DNA of 50,725 bases from a virus (Duplodnaviria > Caudoviricetes), in IMG/VR virus record IMGVR_UViG_3300038334_000143, positions 1-50,725 of that record. One strand, 5' to 3'. A program made the translations under genes and the position numbers. Position 1 is the stretch's first letter; each line of letters opens with the position of its first letter. The notes beneath the pieces are model-generated. The model worked only from the letters and a program-made list of their open reading frames with translations. It was not told the DNA's origin and did no database searches. Of the stretch, positions 10,436-20,486 are shown one piece after another.

Positions 10436-10474
10436 GTGTCCCTCCGTATCGTAGAACGTCATGGCTGCAAAAAA

Positions 10475-10828
10475 TTATTGCAGCCTGACTTTCCCCGTAA
10501 TTTCCAAGGATACAGTGCCGTTGTTGTACGTCACCTCACCGCTGATAACTCCGTTAACCATCAGCACATCACCGTTTGCCGTGGTGAACGTCCCGGCCCT
10601 TGATTTTCCGTCACGCATCGCAACGAGTTTCTTGTACTCCTCAAAACTCGCATTGAAGTCGGATTTTATTTTACCAGGAACAGCTTTTCCGCTTGCGAAG
10701 GTTTCGCCATCGCCTGTGACGGAAACGTCCCATTCCCGGCCATCAAGATTTATTTCCGGCTCGGAGTCTCCCTTCGGGTGAAGGGGAAGTCCGCCGAATT
10801 TTGCATCAAAAAATGGTCCGCCTCTCAT
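10475..10828 (-). CDS. Tail tube protein (Mu-like)
   Basis: 117 aa directly after sheath; VPGKIK and TTANG motifs. Confidence 0.8.
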   Translation of the reverse strand: MRGGPFFDAKFGGLPLHPKGDSEPEINLDGREWDVSVTGDGETFASGKAVPGKIKSDFNASFEEYKKLVAMRDGKSRAGTFTTANGDVLMVNGVISGEVTYNNGTVSLEITGKVRLQ

Positions 10829-10853
10829 GATCTGTTACCTCCTGCTGTCCTTA

Positions 10854-12368
10854 TTAGTACAAGAATGCATATTTCATGGCGATGATCCGCAACGCCTGTG
10901 CCGGATCGTCCGTTACCTGTGCATCGATTCTGCTGTTGTTCGCTTCGTTGATCTCAGCGGTCAGACCCTCGATCACTTTTTCGGCGTTCTTTGTCCAGGC
11001 GAAACGAGCCCATAGTTCATCAATCAGTTTCGCCATGTCGGCTATAATGGTTTTAGGCGAGATCGCCCATTCGTAAGCCGTCACCGCTTCATCATCGACA
11101 ACAACGCCGCGCGTATACGGTTCGGAAATGAAAAGCTGTTCGATACTGTATGCCTTCGCCTGTTTGAGATGCAGGGATACCGCGTCGAACCATTCCTCTG
11201 TCGCTGCTCCAAGGGGAGTTGTCCGATAGGTGAGAGGGATGTCACCGAAATACATCGTTCCGTCGGACGATACCGTACAGTAGCCCATCCCGGCACGGAA
11301 AAGTGCATCCAGTTTCGCTGAGCCGAGGTCTCCCTGGGAGCCGTCACACGCAAGGCCGACCGACGTCTGTTTGTACGGTCTGTTCGGTGCGAGAAGTTGC
11401 TCGTATGCAATCCGGCCAACGAGAGCCGCGCCAAACTCAAAGGCGGGGGCATAACATCGAGAATCCCACACGTCCCCGATCCATTTCTTGTTTATCGTTG
11501 CCGGGATTGCCAGTGCCTCGTCATAGGTTTTTTGCACATACGCAGCATAGGCTCCAAAATGCCTGTGGACTCCTGCCGCCGCTCGCATGTCTCCTGCGGC
11601 TTCAATATAGCCGAGGTTAGTTGAGTCGGTAAAAGGGCAGGTAAATATCGTGTACCAGCGATCCCCGAGTTTATCGGTTCCGTCGGCATTGAAAAATACA
11701 TCTTCAATATCCGGCGCACCGGTGCCGCCGTCGAGATACCCGTCGGAGTTCTCAATCGCCACGGTTACACCCGAAGGAGCGTCGGCCTCCTGGACATCAC
11801 CGGACGGATTCTGCACTACAAGTATTTCGTTACCGGGAGTCCCTGACGTTTTCGCGGTAAGAGTAACGACTCCAGATGTATTTGCCGCCGTGACTGCGAT
11901 ATCGCGCTTAGCGGTAATTGCTGAAACGAGGGCCGCCGCTATAGTTGCCACATCTGCACCGCTGGCAACTGCGACAGACACCAGTACGCCGCCGATGGAA
12001 AAATACAGGGTTCCTGCGGATGTGGAAGCACCGGTGAAGGTGATCGTCTCTGTCGCATCTACCGCGCTGGCGTTATCAGGCACGGGAAAGGCATACACCT
12101 CGCAAGAGTCGAACACCGCGTCAGGCATGGCGAGCGCCTGCCTATGGATGTGGCTGCCGAATCCGAACAGCTCGCCGACTTTTTCCTTGCTGGAAACTTT
12201 GACCGGCTCATAGTCCACCACTGCGGTCTTGGCCGGATCATAGCATCCGATCAAGCCCACTTTCGGGGAGATAAACAGCCCCGCAAAGCTCCTGCGCTGG
12301 CCCGCCATCTCGATAAAGAGATTTGAGGCCCGGACGCTTTGTGCGACTTCATTAAAATTTATAGTCAT
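10854..12368 (-). CDS. Tail sheath protein (Mu gpL-like)
   Basis: ELFGFGSHIH, VVTLTAKTSGTPGNEI, APNRP, NNSRIDA motifs. Confidence 0.93.
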   Translation of the reverse strand: MTINFNEVAQSVRASNLFIEMAGQRRSFAGLFISPKVGLIGCYDPAKTAVVDYEPVKVSSKEKVGELFGFGSHIHRQALAMPDAVFDSCEVYAFPVPDNASAVDATETITFTGASTSAGTLYFSIGGVLVSVAVASGADVATIAAALVSAITAKRDIAVTAANTSGVVTLTAKTSGTPGNEILVVQNPSGDVQEADAPSGVTVAIENSDGYLDGGTGAPDIEDVFFNADGTDKLGDRWYTIFTCPFTDSTNLGYIEAAGDMRAAAGVHRHFGAYAAYVQKTYDEALAIPATINKKWIGDVWDSRCYAPAFEFGAALVGRIAYEQLLAPNRPYKQTSVGLACDGSQGDLGSAKLDALFRAGMGYCTVSSDGTMYFGDIPLTYRTTPLGAATEEWFDAVSLHLKQAKAYSIEQLFISEPYTRGVVVDDEAVTAYEWAISPKTIIADMAKLIDELWARFAWTKNAEKVIEGLTAEINEANNSRIDAQVTDDPAQALRIIAMKYAFLY

Positions 12369-12380
12369 GATTGCGCCTCC

Positions 12381-12962
12381 TTATTTGTAGTCATATTGCA
12401 GGGCCAAGTCGTTAAGTGCCTGCATTGAAATTCGCGTGAGCGATGGCAGATTTGAAAGATCGGCCACCTTATACGGGAAATAGAGTACAAGCGTCATCCG
12501 CGCCGGGGCATACACCGCCGTCGAGTCGTCGTCCTCGTGCGGATAAAATTGTAACGCCGTTTCATTGCGATAATCAATCTCGCTCACTTGAAGTCCGAAA
12601 CAAATATTCGCCAGGGCTGTGATCGCATATTCAACCTGCGCCGTAAGGAGCATGAGCCGGGACATTGCCTTTTCGTCCGCTGGTTCGAGTCCATCATTCT
12701 CTCCGATGACATACATGTCGAAATTGAACGTTGCCCGGTGCGTCTTCTCGTGGATGTCTGATCGGCTCACATCTGTCTCCACTTTGTCGAGCATGATGTT
12801 CACGAGTGCTCTGTTGTGCGCTCCTTCGATATACGGACGGGAACGATTTTTCGAAACCTCAAAATCTTCCGCGCCATCGAGTTTTTCGGCGGCTGAGACG
12901 GCTTTCAATGCCGCCTCTATGCCATCCATGACTCTATCATATAACGGACGCGATATGCTCAC
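12381..12962 (-). CDS. Putative tail terminator
   Basis: Position upstream of sheath and size. Confidence 0.55.
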   Translation of the reverse strand: MSISRPLYDRVMDGIEAALKAVSAAEKLDGAEDFEVSKNRSRPYIEGAHNRALVNIMLDKVETDVSRSDIHEKTHRATFNFDMYVIGENDGLEPADEKAMSRLMLLTAQVEYAITALANICFGLQVSEIDYRNETALQFYPHEDDDSTAVYAPARMTLVLYFPYKVADLSNLPSLTRISMQALNDLALQYDYK

Positions 12963-13333
12963 GATCTCACCCTGTCAAGCGTCACCGTGGTGGTGAGCAT
13001 GTTTAAAGTGCGATCCACCAGCGGCTCTTTGAATGAGCCGACGAGTTTATTCCCTGCGTTGTTTGTAAAAGAAAGTTTCCATCCCTCGAAAGTTTCGCCA
13101 TCGTCAGCGATGGTGAAGTCTCCCAGGTGGAAAGATACGGAAATCCGGTTGCCGATGAACATCTGACCGTTAGCGTTAAAATCAATGGCTGTATGCGTGT
13201 AAAAGCCCTTGATTTTATCCGGTTCAGCGGCGTAATCGTCGCCGGTCTTTCCGTTGTTGATCTCGAAGTCGGCAGAAAATCCTCTATTCAGAATCTTCTT
13301 GTTGTCCGCTTTCGCTCTCTCGTACAGATTCAC
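12959..13333 (-). CDS. Putative head-tail joining/closure protein
   Basis: Synteny; DRTLNMLT C-terminal motif; coupled to next gene. Confidence 0.55.
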   Translation of the reverse strand: MNLYERAKADNKKILNRGFSADFEINNGKTGDDYAAEPDKIKGFYTHTAIDFNANGQMFIGNRISVSFHLGDFTIADDGETFEGWKLSFTNNAGNKLVGSFKEPLVDRTLNMLTTTVTLDRVRS

Positions 13334-13544
13334 GTTCTGCGCTCACTCTCTCGATTTTATTTTTCTTCGCCGTGGCACCGGTAGAGGCATTTTCCTCACT
13401 GATTGCCCCGGACGACTGTAGATCAGACAATTGTCCCGTGTCTTTCCAGTGTCTCAACACGGTTTCCGGTACCGGTCGCCCTACGGCAAGACGGCTGAGT
13501 GTGCCGTCTATCCGTATGGGTCCGATTGGTTTCTTGACCATCAT
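13284..13544 (-). CDS. Small hypothetical virion-module protein
   Basis: Coupled ORF in late operon. Confidence 0.5.
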   Translation of the reverse strand: MMVKKPIGPIRIDGTLSRLAVGRPVPETVLRHWKDTGQLSDLQSSGAISEENASTGATAKKNKIERVSAERESVRESESGQQEDSE

Positions 13545-13954
13545 TTGCCGTCACCTTCAGGCTGTTTTGTGACCTCTTCGAGCAGCTTTTGCAGTTCGTC
13601 GTTCTCTGCCTTCAACTTCTCGTTTTCGGCTTTGAGTTCGTCGTTCTCTGCCTTCAGCTCTTTCACGCCCCTCTTTTCGAGCAGCAGATTCAATTTCTCA
13701 ATCTCTGCTCTCAGCTCATCGTTTTCGGCTTTTATCCGTTCGCTATCAGCGGCAAGTGTAGCGAGTACACCGTCGGAGACAGGAGCGGCTGCCTTTTCAC
13801 CGTCAGAGAGTTTCTTGACGCGCCCCTCATCGATCAAGGCTTTCAGTTCGTCCTCGCCACCGATAATTTCTTCGGCGGCAAAGCGAGAGCCAGGCTCCGC
13901 AATGCGCTTGCGGAGCGATAGGCGATCTTTTAAGAGTTTATAATTTTGTTCCAT
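13541..13954 (-). CDS. Coiled-coil protein with LKAEN(D/E)(E/K) heptad repeats
   Basis: GGAGG RBS; tandem heptads; DNA repeat TTCGTCGTTCTCTGCCTTCA occurs twice. Confidence 0.75.
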   Translation of the reverse strand: MEQNYKLLKDRLSLRKRIAEPGSRFAAEEIIGGEDELKALIDEGRVKKLSDGEKAAAPVSDGVLATLAADSERIKAENDELRAEIEKLNLLLEKRGVKELKAENDELKAENEKLKAENDELQKLLEEVTKQPEGDGK

Positions 13955-13964
13955 GGACTACCTC

Positions 13965-15227
13965 CTACCATGCAGGCAGCGTCACGCGCTGGATAAAGGA
14001 GTTGATCCCTTCGCTGTACATTATACCCTCAGCGAAATACCATGCACGTTCAGCCTGAGAGAGTGTCTTAACATCGGGTTTCAGGTCGATCTCAGCTGTG
14101 AGATTGCGCTTGATCCCGATATTCATATACCTGTTTTTCGTGGCCCCGGTGCAGGGCATAACCAGGTAGGCATATGTGTCACCGACACCGCTGTAGACTT
14201 TTTGTCTCGTGCGGCCGGTGATGGTGTTGCCATCGTAACCGATGATCTTTCGGATTGCCGACAGTGACGGGAATCCGGTGTCGGTAGAGACGGCAGCCTT
14301 TTTGATTATACCGTTTGCAACACGGGCGATATGATTTGCGGTGTACTCGCTGGCGAGACACACAAGACCACTGGACCCGATTTTCTGACCTGTGACGGGA
14401 TCGGTTTTCTTTGCGAACACATCGATCGCATTTTCGAGGGTGTAATACAGCAACTCCTCGCGGGTTGCACCGGATGTCGTCGCGGCTGCGGTCGTCTTTG
14501 TCCCGGTATAAGAGCCGGCAAGTATCTTGCTGATTGCCAGGTCGTCACGCAGACTGTTGTAGCCCTCCATGACCGCGTCGTTGACTTTGTCGAAATCGAG
14601 TGACTTGTCAAACAGTGCGGCGAGGAGATCGTGAGTGAATCCGGCGGCATAGATGAAATGCTCAACCGTATCAACCTGTCCGCCCCTGGTCTCGCCCTGA
14701 TTAACAGCCTCACCTGATCCGTTGTGCTCTTTAAACTCAACGGCGTAGGGGAAGAATTCCTCAACCTTAAACACCTTGTCGCTGTTCGGCATGTCGATGA
14801 TCCGGTAAATATTTTCCCTGATGGTGGGATTTACAGCCTTTTTGATCGACAGGTCGATCCGTACAGCATCCCACAGGGATTCCCAGTCAGGCAGAAGGGT
14901 ATTCGTAGAGCCCTGTGGACTGAATACGCCCTTTGCGACCATTTCCCGGATGCTCATTTTCTTTTTCAAGCTATGGCACATGACGGGAATGTCGAACGCG
15001 GACCCGTATCTTTTCAGGTCTTCAAAGTTCGGCATCGCTCCTTTCATTTTTGCGGCGCGTTCCATTTTGGCAAAAATTGCCACTTCTTCGGTCCCCGGCT
15101 GCCCGAGCTTGGACGCACCAACAGGGGCCGACACGCCGCACAGGTCGGCGTGCTTAAAAAACACCTCGCCAGCGCGGAGCTTGCTCTCCGCCTGGACTCG
15201 ATTGGATTCTCTGGTAATTATATCCAT
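13965..15227 (-). CDS. Major capsid protein
   Basis: 420 aa after protease and cement genes, strong GGAGG RBS; call mainly from synteny. Confidence 0.75.
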   Translation of the reverse strand: MDIITRESNRVQAESKLRAGEVFFKHADLCGVSAPVGASKLGQPGTEEVAIFAKMERAAKMKGAMPNFEDLKRYGSAFDIPVMCHSLKKKMSIREMVAKGVFSPQGSTNTLLPDWESLWDAVRIDLSIKKAVNPTIRENIYRIIDMPNSDKVFKVEEFFPYAVEFKEHNGSGEAVNQGETRGGQVDTVEHFIYAAGFTHDLLAALFDKSLDFDKVNDAVMEGYNSLRDDLAISKILAGSYTGTKTTAAATTSGATREELLYYTLENAIDVFAKKTDPVTGQKIGSSGLVCLASEYTANHIARVANGIIKKAAVSTDTGFPSLSAIRKIIGYDGNTITGRTRQKVYSGVGDTYAYLVMPCTGATKNRYMNIGIKRNLTAEIDLKPDVKTLSQAERAWYFAEGIMYSEGINSFIQRVTLPAW

Positions 15228-15242
15228 CTGGTTTTTACCTCC

Positions 15243-15965
15243 TTAGATGTACAGAACGGTAATTATACCGGTCCCATTGGTTGTATCAGCGGTCAAGGTC
15301 AGACCGGCTGCAACTACAACGCTGTACGCGTTGATTAGCGTTCCAAAAGACAGGGCGTTCACGGTTGCTATCGGAACCACGCCGATAGTGTTAGTCCCAT
15401 CGGTCACTGTTACGTCCTCACTCGACACCGTTGCGAGGGCTTGTCCAATAATACCCACGATTTGCGATCCGACGGGTATATCCGCATTCACAACCGGGGC
15501 ACCTGCCGCATGCGATCCGGTGGGAACTGCTATCCTTTTCGCTTTCAGCGCACCGCCTATGAGAGCTTCGTTGCCCTGGGCGAACGGCCTGAAAACAACG
15601 AACGTGTGAGCGCCGGCTGATCCACCGAACTCGGTACATATCCCAACGGGGATACGTCCCGCAGCGTTGGCGGCCCTTATTGCTCCGGCTGCGCTCGATC
15701 CACCGGGAGCAAAAAAGACGATCTGTCCGACGACAAAAGTGTCGGCGGCTGCAATCTGATCAGTCTCGATGGTGCGCTCGTGATCAATATTGATCTTGCC
15801 GCTCGCTCCATCAGCGATACCGTCATATTCCTTCACCTCTCCGAAATATCCGTCAAGGTGGACGAGTTCGAGGTTCTCAACCGCGCGACCAAGATTGTTC
15901 GCAACGGTGACCTGCTTGTCGCTGAGAGTTTTCTCAACGAGTCCGGGGAAATCGTAGGTAGTCAT
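15243..15965 (-). CDS. Capsid cement/decoration protein (DUF2190-like N-terminus plus extra domain)
   Basis: ADTFVVGQIVFF...PVGIC pattern; between protease and capsid. Confidence 0.6.
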   Translation of the reverse strand: MTTYDFPGLVEKTLSDKQVTVANNLGRAVENLELVHLDGYFGEVKEYDGIADGASGKINIDHERTIETDQIAAADTFVVGQIVFFAPGGSSAAGAIRAANAAGRIPVGICTEFGGSAGAHTFVVFRPFAQGNEALIGGALKAKRIAVPTGSHAAGAPVVNADIPVGSQIVGIIGQALATVSSEDVTVTDGTNTIGVVPIATVNALSFGTLINAYSVVVAAGLTLTADTTNGTGIITVLYI

Positions 15966-17077
15966 TATTCGCCTCCTTCAAACTTGCTTTCGTACTGCCC
16001 GGTAGGCTCTTCGCCGCTCGGCGTTGCGCCTTCGCCACCGACACCGATGTCGCCTGGGGATTCGAGAGCGGCCTGGATATTGCCGTTCGACAGCACGGCC
16101 ATGATTGACAGCGTGGCCTCTTCTTTCGTTTCGCCGTTTTTAATGCACTCGTCAATTTTCGAGCACACAGCGGGTATCTTTTTAAACTCCGCTTTTTCTT
16201 TCATGGAGAGCAGGGCGGCTACCCGGTCTTTCTCCTGTTTTACTCCCACCGCCACGGCTGCGGCATAGATGGCGGGGTGCTCTTTCATAAGCTGCTCTAA
16301 ATTCATGATTTGAGCCTCCTGTGGATTATTTTGTCCGCCTGTGGCGGTAATTTCCTTTTTCGGTTGCTGTGGTTGAGGCTGTGCGCTCGATCCGTGTTGT
16401 GCGGTAGCGTCTAACGCGTTTCGTGATAAAGAAGGAATATCCTTTATCATCGCGGCGACTTTGAGAATGTCGTCTTTGCCTCTCGGGTCTACTCGCATTT
16501 TTTCCATTACAGTCTTTACTTTCATTGCGCCAAGAGCGAGAGCAATCTCCTTGTTTTTCTCGCCTTCGGTCGCCGGGATAATCTCGTCAACAAGTCCGGC
16601 GGTTTTAAGTTCTTCGCCGAAATACCACGTTTCGGCGTCCATGATCGCCTTTGCTTCCTCGACGCTTATTTTCATTTTTGCGGCATAGGCGGCAGCCATG
16701 AGACCCGACATGCCCTTGAAAACCTGCGCCGTTTTTTCCATTTCCCGATAGTCTCCAACGGCTCCGCCCCATACATTGTGAATCATTGCATAGGTGTTGC
16801 TGTATGCGGAAACAAGGTCAAATACGGGATTGACGAGGTTGTACGATCCCATTGAACACGCTTCACCGATCACCGTTAGCGACAACTGGGCGTCGGGGAA
16901 TTTCTTTTTATAACCCTGGAATAAATTAAAAATAGTTATCCCATAAGACACATAGCCGCCAGGAGTTGACATATATACGTCGAGGTCGTCACCGTTGGCT
17001 TTTTTGAGATCGTTTCCTATCCTTTCAGGGTCGACCTCCCATCCAATTTCTCCGATTATTTCCATTCTTGTTGGCAT
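15965..17077 (-). CDS. ClpP-type prohead protease with C-terminal scaffold
   Basis: STPGGYV, GEACSMGS (Ser), MIHN (His), ETWY...GLVD. Confidence 0.92.
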   Translation of the reverse strand: MPTRMEIIGEIGWEVDPERIGNDLKKANGDDLDVYMSTPGGYVSYGITIFNLFQGYKKKFPDAQLSLTVIGEACSMGSYNLVNPVFDLVSAYSNTYAMIHNVWGGAVGDYREMEKTAQVFKGMSGLMAAAYAAKMKISVEEAKAIMDAETWYFGEELKTAGLVDEIIPATEGEKNKEIALALGAMKVKTVMEKMRVDPRGKDDILKVAAMIKDIPSLSRNALDATAQHGSSAQPQPQQPKKEITATGGQNNPQEAQIMNLEQLMKEHPAIYAAAVAVGVKQEKDRVAALLSMKEKAEFKKIPAVCSKIDECIKNGETKEEATLSIMAVLSNGNIQAALESPGDIGVGGEGATPSGEEPTGQYESKFEGGE

Positions 17078-17089
17078 TCGATTACCCCT

Positions 17090-17458
17090 CTATTTCAATT
17101 CGCTCCTGCATTGCTCATAATTGCGATATTTCACCGCATCCTGATAATCAACCGGGTTCGCTTTTCCGTCTTCGCTGATTCCGAACGCCTCGCCCTGGCA
17201 ATATATTCGGTGCAACTTCTTATAACAGGCCTCCGAGGGCGGGACCGTGGCCGATTTATCTTTCGCCTGGTAATACAGTTTATAGGCATTCAATGACATG
17301 TTGCATTCTGCCGGGAGTTCCTCGATCCATATCGGATCGAAGGATTTGCACGAAAGGCAACTGAAGGCAATGGTTGCGCATAACGTCAAAAGCAGAAAAA
17401 AAATTATTCCTGTTTTTAAATCACTCCATCCAATTTTTAAACCATTTATTCCGAACAT
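17090..17458 (-). CDS. Putative lipoprotein/membrane protein
   Basis: Hydrophobic stretch followed by FSC/LSC lipobox-like Cys. Confidence 0.55.
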   Translation of the reverse strand: MFGINGLKIGWSDLKTGIIFFLLLTLCATIAFSCLSCKSFDPIWIEELPAECNMSLNAYKLYYQAKDKSATVPPSEACYKKLHRIYCQGEAFGISEDGKANPVDYQDAVKYRNYEQCRSELK

Positions 17459-17459
17459 G

Positions 17460-17810
17460 TTATTCCCCCGCTGGCATAGTCGGCGCGTATTGCACTTCAA
17501 ATTTCGCCGGGAATGTTTTTTCGAGAAAAGTCCCCGACGCGTCGGAAATCTCGACCCATGCTTTATAACTCCCGACAGTCAGTAAAGACGTATCCGCTTC
17601 GGTGATAATGTGTTTTGCAGTACGGCCGAGTTCGCTATCATATTCATATCCAGCATCCCAGGAGCCAAGCACATCGGCGGTACTATCTGCCCTTTTGCTC
17701 TCATAGACAATGGTCAAAACCTTGTCCGATAGATCGAGATCAGTGTCAATCGGGATGACGAGCGGCTTTGAGTATTCACCGAAAATCAGTATTTTATCTG
17801 TGCCACTCAT
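17460..17810 (-). CDS. Hypothetical Ig/BppU-like virion protein
   Basis: Beta-rich 116 aa, VGSYKAWVEI motif, RBS present. Confidence 0.45.
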   Translation of the reverse strand: MSGTDKILIFGEYSKPLVIPIDTDLDLSDKVLTIVYESKRADSTADVLGSWDAGYEYDSELGRTAKHIITEADTSLLTVGSYKAWVEISDASGTFLEKTFPAKFEVQYAPTMPAGE

Positions 17811-17831
17811 TCCCTCACTGTCTCCTCCTGT

Positions 17832-19553
17832 TCACTGCAATTTCACCTTGTCCAGCAACACTCTTCTATTTAAGTCTACTTTATTGAGCGTTATACTACC
17901 GTTATGCGAAACTTTGTCAAGCATAATCTTAGCGTTATGCGATACTTTTTGTAAAATTAGCGCTTTTAATATGACTTCTATAACTGGAGTAGCAATACGG
18001 ATAGCGTCCGTTATGCTCATCGACTCGGAGAGGGAGGCAGTAAACTGAGCGACTGACTGCATAATGTCGGTAATGGTGACCGCTTCAGAGAGCGTCCCCT
18101 TAAATTCAGCCGCTCCTCTTAGCTCGTCCGACACATTGAGAGTTTCGGCCAGGGTGGACATAAACGTCGCCGATGCCGAACAGGAGTCGGAGATTCCTAT
18201 GGAATCAGACAGGGTGAGAAAAATCGCATTTGCATAGCTGATGAAATCGGTAATTGTGAGACTTTCAGAAAGAGTCCCGGTGAAAAGAGCGGTAGACACA
18301 AGGGCATCCACAACAGGAACCATCTCGGAGAGTGTGGCTTTGAGTATGGCTAATGATCCCAAAAAATCACCGACGGAAAGCGAATCAGCGAGAACCGCAT
18401 TGAGTATCGCAGCAGAAATGAAATTATCGGAGATATTAAGAGAATCGGCCAGCGTTCCGTTGGCTTCGAGTCGCGCTCCGTCGGAATCTGAGATCGTGAT
18501 CTCATCGGACATCGATGCGCCGAACACAGCCTGGGAGGCAAGAGCATCGGAGGTTGAGAGAGATTCGGAGAGGGTGCAGTTGTAGGACGAGCCGCCGGAC
18601 TGCCATGCCCACGTTCCCCAAAATGTGGCGTTGTCAAGCAGTTGATCGGATTCGTGGGCATGCCATGCGGCCGACCTGACGGCGGTATCTATCGATACAT
18701 GTTGCAATCGGCCATCCATGTAAGACGTTCCGCCATTGCGTTCGCGACCCATATTGAGAGGCTCACCCGATAAAGACATTTCTGATGTCCTGGCATAATC
18801 ATCAACCAATCCCCCATCGAGATAAAACGCCAAATTACCCGACAAATAGGTATAACTGAATGATAGTGTATGCCAGTCTCCATATATTGCACCAGTATTT
18901 ATATATTCAAATGATCCATCGATGCGAAGATAATTATAACCGTCGTTTCCCATAAACCAACGCCAGCCAGAACCCATGATGCCGTGTGCAGCGTCTGCAT
19001 CATCAATATGCACCAATACTGATGCCGTCCAGTCTCCCGATACGGAAAAATCGGAATCGGTGTCAATATACTCAGAGCTTGCGTCGTCAAAATCTACAGC
19101 GGAACCGATAAGTCCCGAAACCTCTGACGGGGTATTATATCCTGTAGCTGTAACTCCCGCGATACGATCGGCATCTAGAGGGGTTGGAAAATACCAACCG
19201 TGATAACTATCATATGCGTTGTCAGAGCCGTAAGTATCGCTATCAGACACTGCCGCATTACGAGTGTTCGGCGGATATATCCTTACTTGCTGTGTGCCAG
19301 ATGAGGCAAGAGTTCCGGACCACTTAACCCGAAGCAGTCCAGTCTCTCCTGAGTTGTCAAAATCGATCCAGTCACATGCAAGCTCTGTACCGTCTCCCAT
19401 TGCCGCACGGCCCCGTGTGCCATCAGATGAATCGACATCAGCCCACCATGACGACGACATGCGTGACAGATCGACGATAAACGTAAAATCAGTCAGCGCG
19501 CTAGACGGATTGCTTATCGTGCCAAGGTCATATCCGGTTGCGGGCAATGCCAT
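17832..19553 (-). CDS. LamG/ConA-like domain virion protein with ~20-aa C-terminal repeats
   Basis: GSAVDFD, WHTLSFSY, FYLDG, YMDGRLQHV motifs; about 10 repeats of TLSESLxISD type. Confidence 0.75.
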   Translation of the reverse strand: MALPATGYDLGTISNPSSALTDFTFIVDLSRMSSSWWADVDSSDGTRGRAAMGDGTELACDWIDFDNSGETGLLRVKWSGTLASSGTQQVRIYPPNTRNAAVSDSDTYGSDNAYDSYHGWYFPTPLDADRIAGVTATGYNTPSEVSGLIGSAVDFDDASSEYIDTDSDFSVSGDWTASVLVHIDDADAAHGIMGSGWRWFMGNDGYNYLRIDGSFEYINTGAIYGDWHTLSFSYTYLSGNLAFYLDGGLVDDYARTSEMSLSGEPLNMGRERNGGTSYMDGRLQHVSIDTAVRSAAWHAHESDQLLDNATFWGTWAWQSGGSSYNCTLSESLSTSDALASQAVFGASMSDEITISDSDGARLEANGTLADSLNISDNFISAAILNAVLADSLSVGDFLGSLAILKATLSEMVPVVDALVSTALFTGTLSESLTITDFISYANAIFLTLSDSIGISDSCSASATFMSTLAETLNVSDELRGAAEFKGTLSEAVTITDIMQSVAQFTASLSESMSITDAIRIATPVIEVILKALILQKVSHNAKIMLDKVSHNGSITLNKVDLNRRVLLDKVKLQ

Positions 19554-19663
19554 TAAATAAACCTCTTAAAAATCCACTGTATTATCTGCGTGTATCGCAT
19601 GTTCCTCAACTCACCGGCCAAAGAGTAATCGATAATTCCCCATCCTGGAACCATGGTTCCATC

Positions 19664-20206
19664 CTACGATAGCGTTAACGTATAACTCACATTTATCGTG
19701 TCGCCTGACACAACCGAACGATCCCCTTCTGTGAACGCAACCGCCGATAACAGTACGCCGCCGGTACTGTCTTTCGTCGCGCTGGCCCCGGTCCCGAAAA
19801 CGATAAAGCCGCCTTTCAGCGTTCCCGATTCATTCGGAGCAAAAGACAGAGAGGCCGACAACGCTTTCGCGCCCGATGCAGCTGCAGCCCATGCACAGGT
19901 CTTTCGGTCTCCAGTATAGTTCGGCGCGTTCGTCGGGCCTGCCTCTTTCCAGCCAGAATGACTCCCCATGGCATCGCCAGCCGCAATTGCCGACCAATCG
20001 ACTGAGCTTATCAGGCCCATGTATGCCGCTGCGGTGTATGATGATCCAGCAAGAGCCGCGTCCAGCAGGGCGTTTCGGCCCACGGTCACGACAAGATTGT
20101 CGGTATCCTCCCGCCATTTCAGGCGGCCGTCTTTATCAAAGCACTCAAATGTATATTTGCCTTTAATTCTCAATTTGTCGCTCAATTTGTCGCTCTTTCG
20201 CTTCAT
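19664..20206 (-). CDS. Conserved virion structural protein (fibre-associated)
   Basis: NLVVTVGRNALL...SGDTINVSYTL pattern common in phage fibre modules; GGAGG RBS. Confidence 0.6.
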   Translation of the reverse strand: MKRKSDKLSDKLRIKGKYTFECFDKDGRLKWREDTDNLVVTVGRNALLDAALAGSSYTAAAYMGLISSVDWSAIAAGDAMGSHSGWKEAGPTNAPNYTGDRKTCAWAAAASGAKALSASLSFAPNESGTLKGGFIVFGTGASATKDSTGGVLLSAVAFTEGDRSVVSGDTINVSYTLTLS

Positions 20207-20229
20207 GTTGTCCTCCTGTTTATGTCTCA

Positions 20230-20466
20230 TTATTTTTGCTTTTTTGTCAGTCGTTTCAATGCCCGGCCAAGTCCCACCTCGAAGCTGGAGAGCCGCTCAA
20301 CGTCGGTACGCCCGCTCTCTCGATACCCGCCGACAAGAGCCTCGCCGGTCTTCTCTCCGTAGTATTCAAGTGTTTTATTGTCCACAAACGACCGACGGTT
20401 ACCAAAAAGCCAAAGAAAGCAATTTTTAAAAAAAGCAAAAATCTGATTCGAATTAAGGATTCCCAT
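20230..20466 (-). CDS. Small hypothetical lysis-region protein (frame ambiguous with 20256-20471)
   Basis: GGAG RBS upstream serves two overlapping candidate frames. Confidence 0.35.
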   Translation of the reverse strand: MGILNSNQIFAFFKNCFLWLFGNRRSFVDNKTLEYYGEKTGEALVGGYRESGRTDVERLSSFEVGLGRALKRLTKKQK

Positions 20467-20486
20467 CTCATATCTCTCCGGCCCCG

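Noticed and set aside
19554-19660. 33-aa ORF (MVPGWGIIDY...) in the gap before the LamG gene
   Set aside because: Too short, weak RBS, no recognisable features
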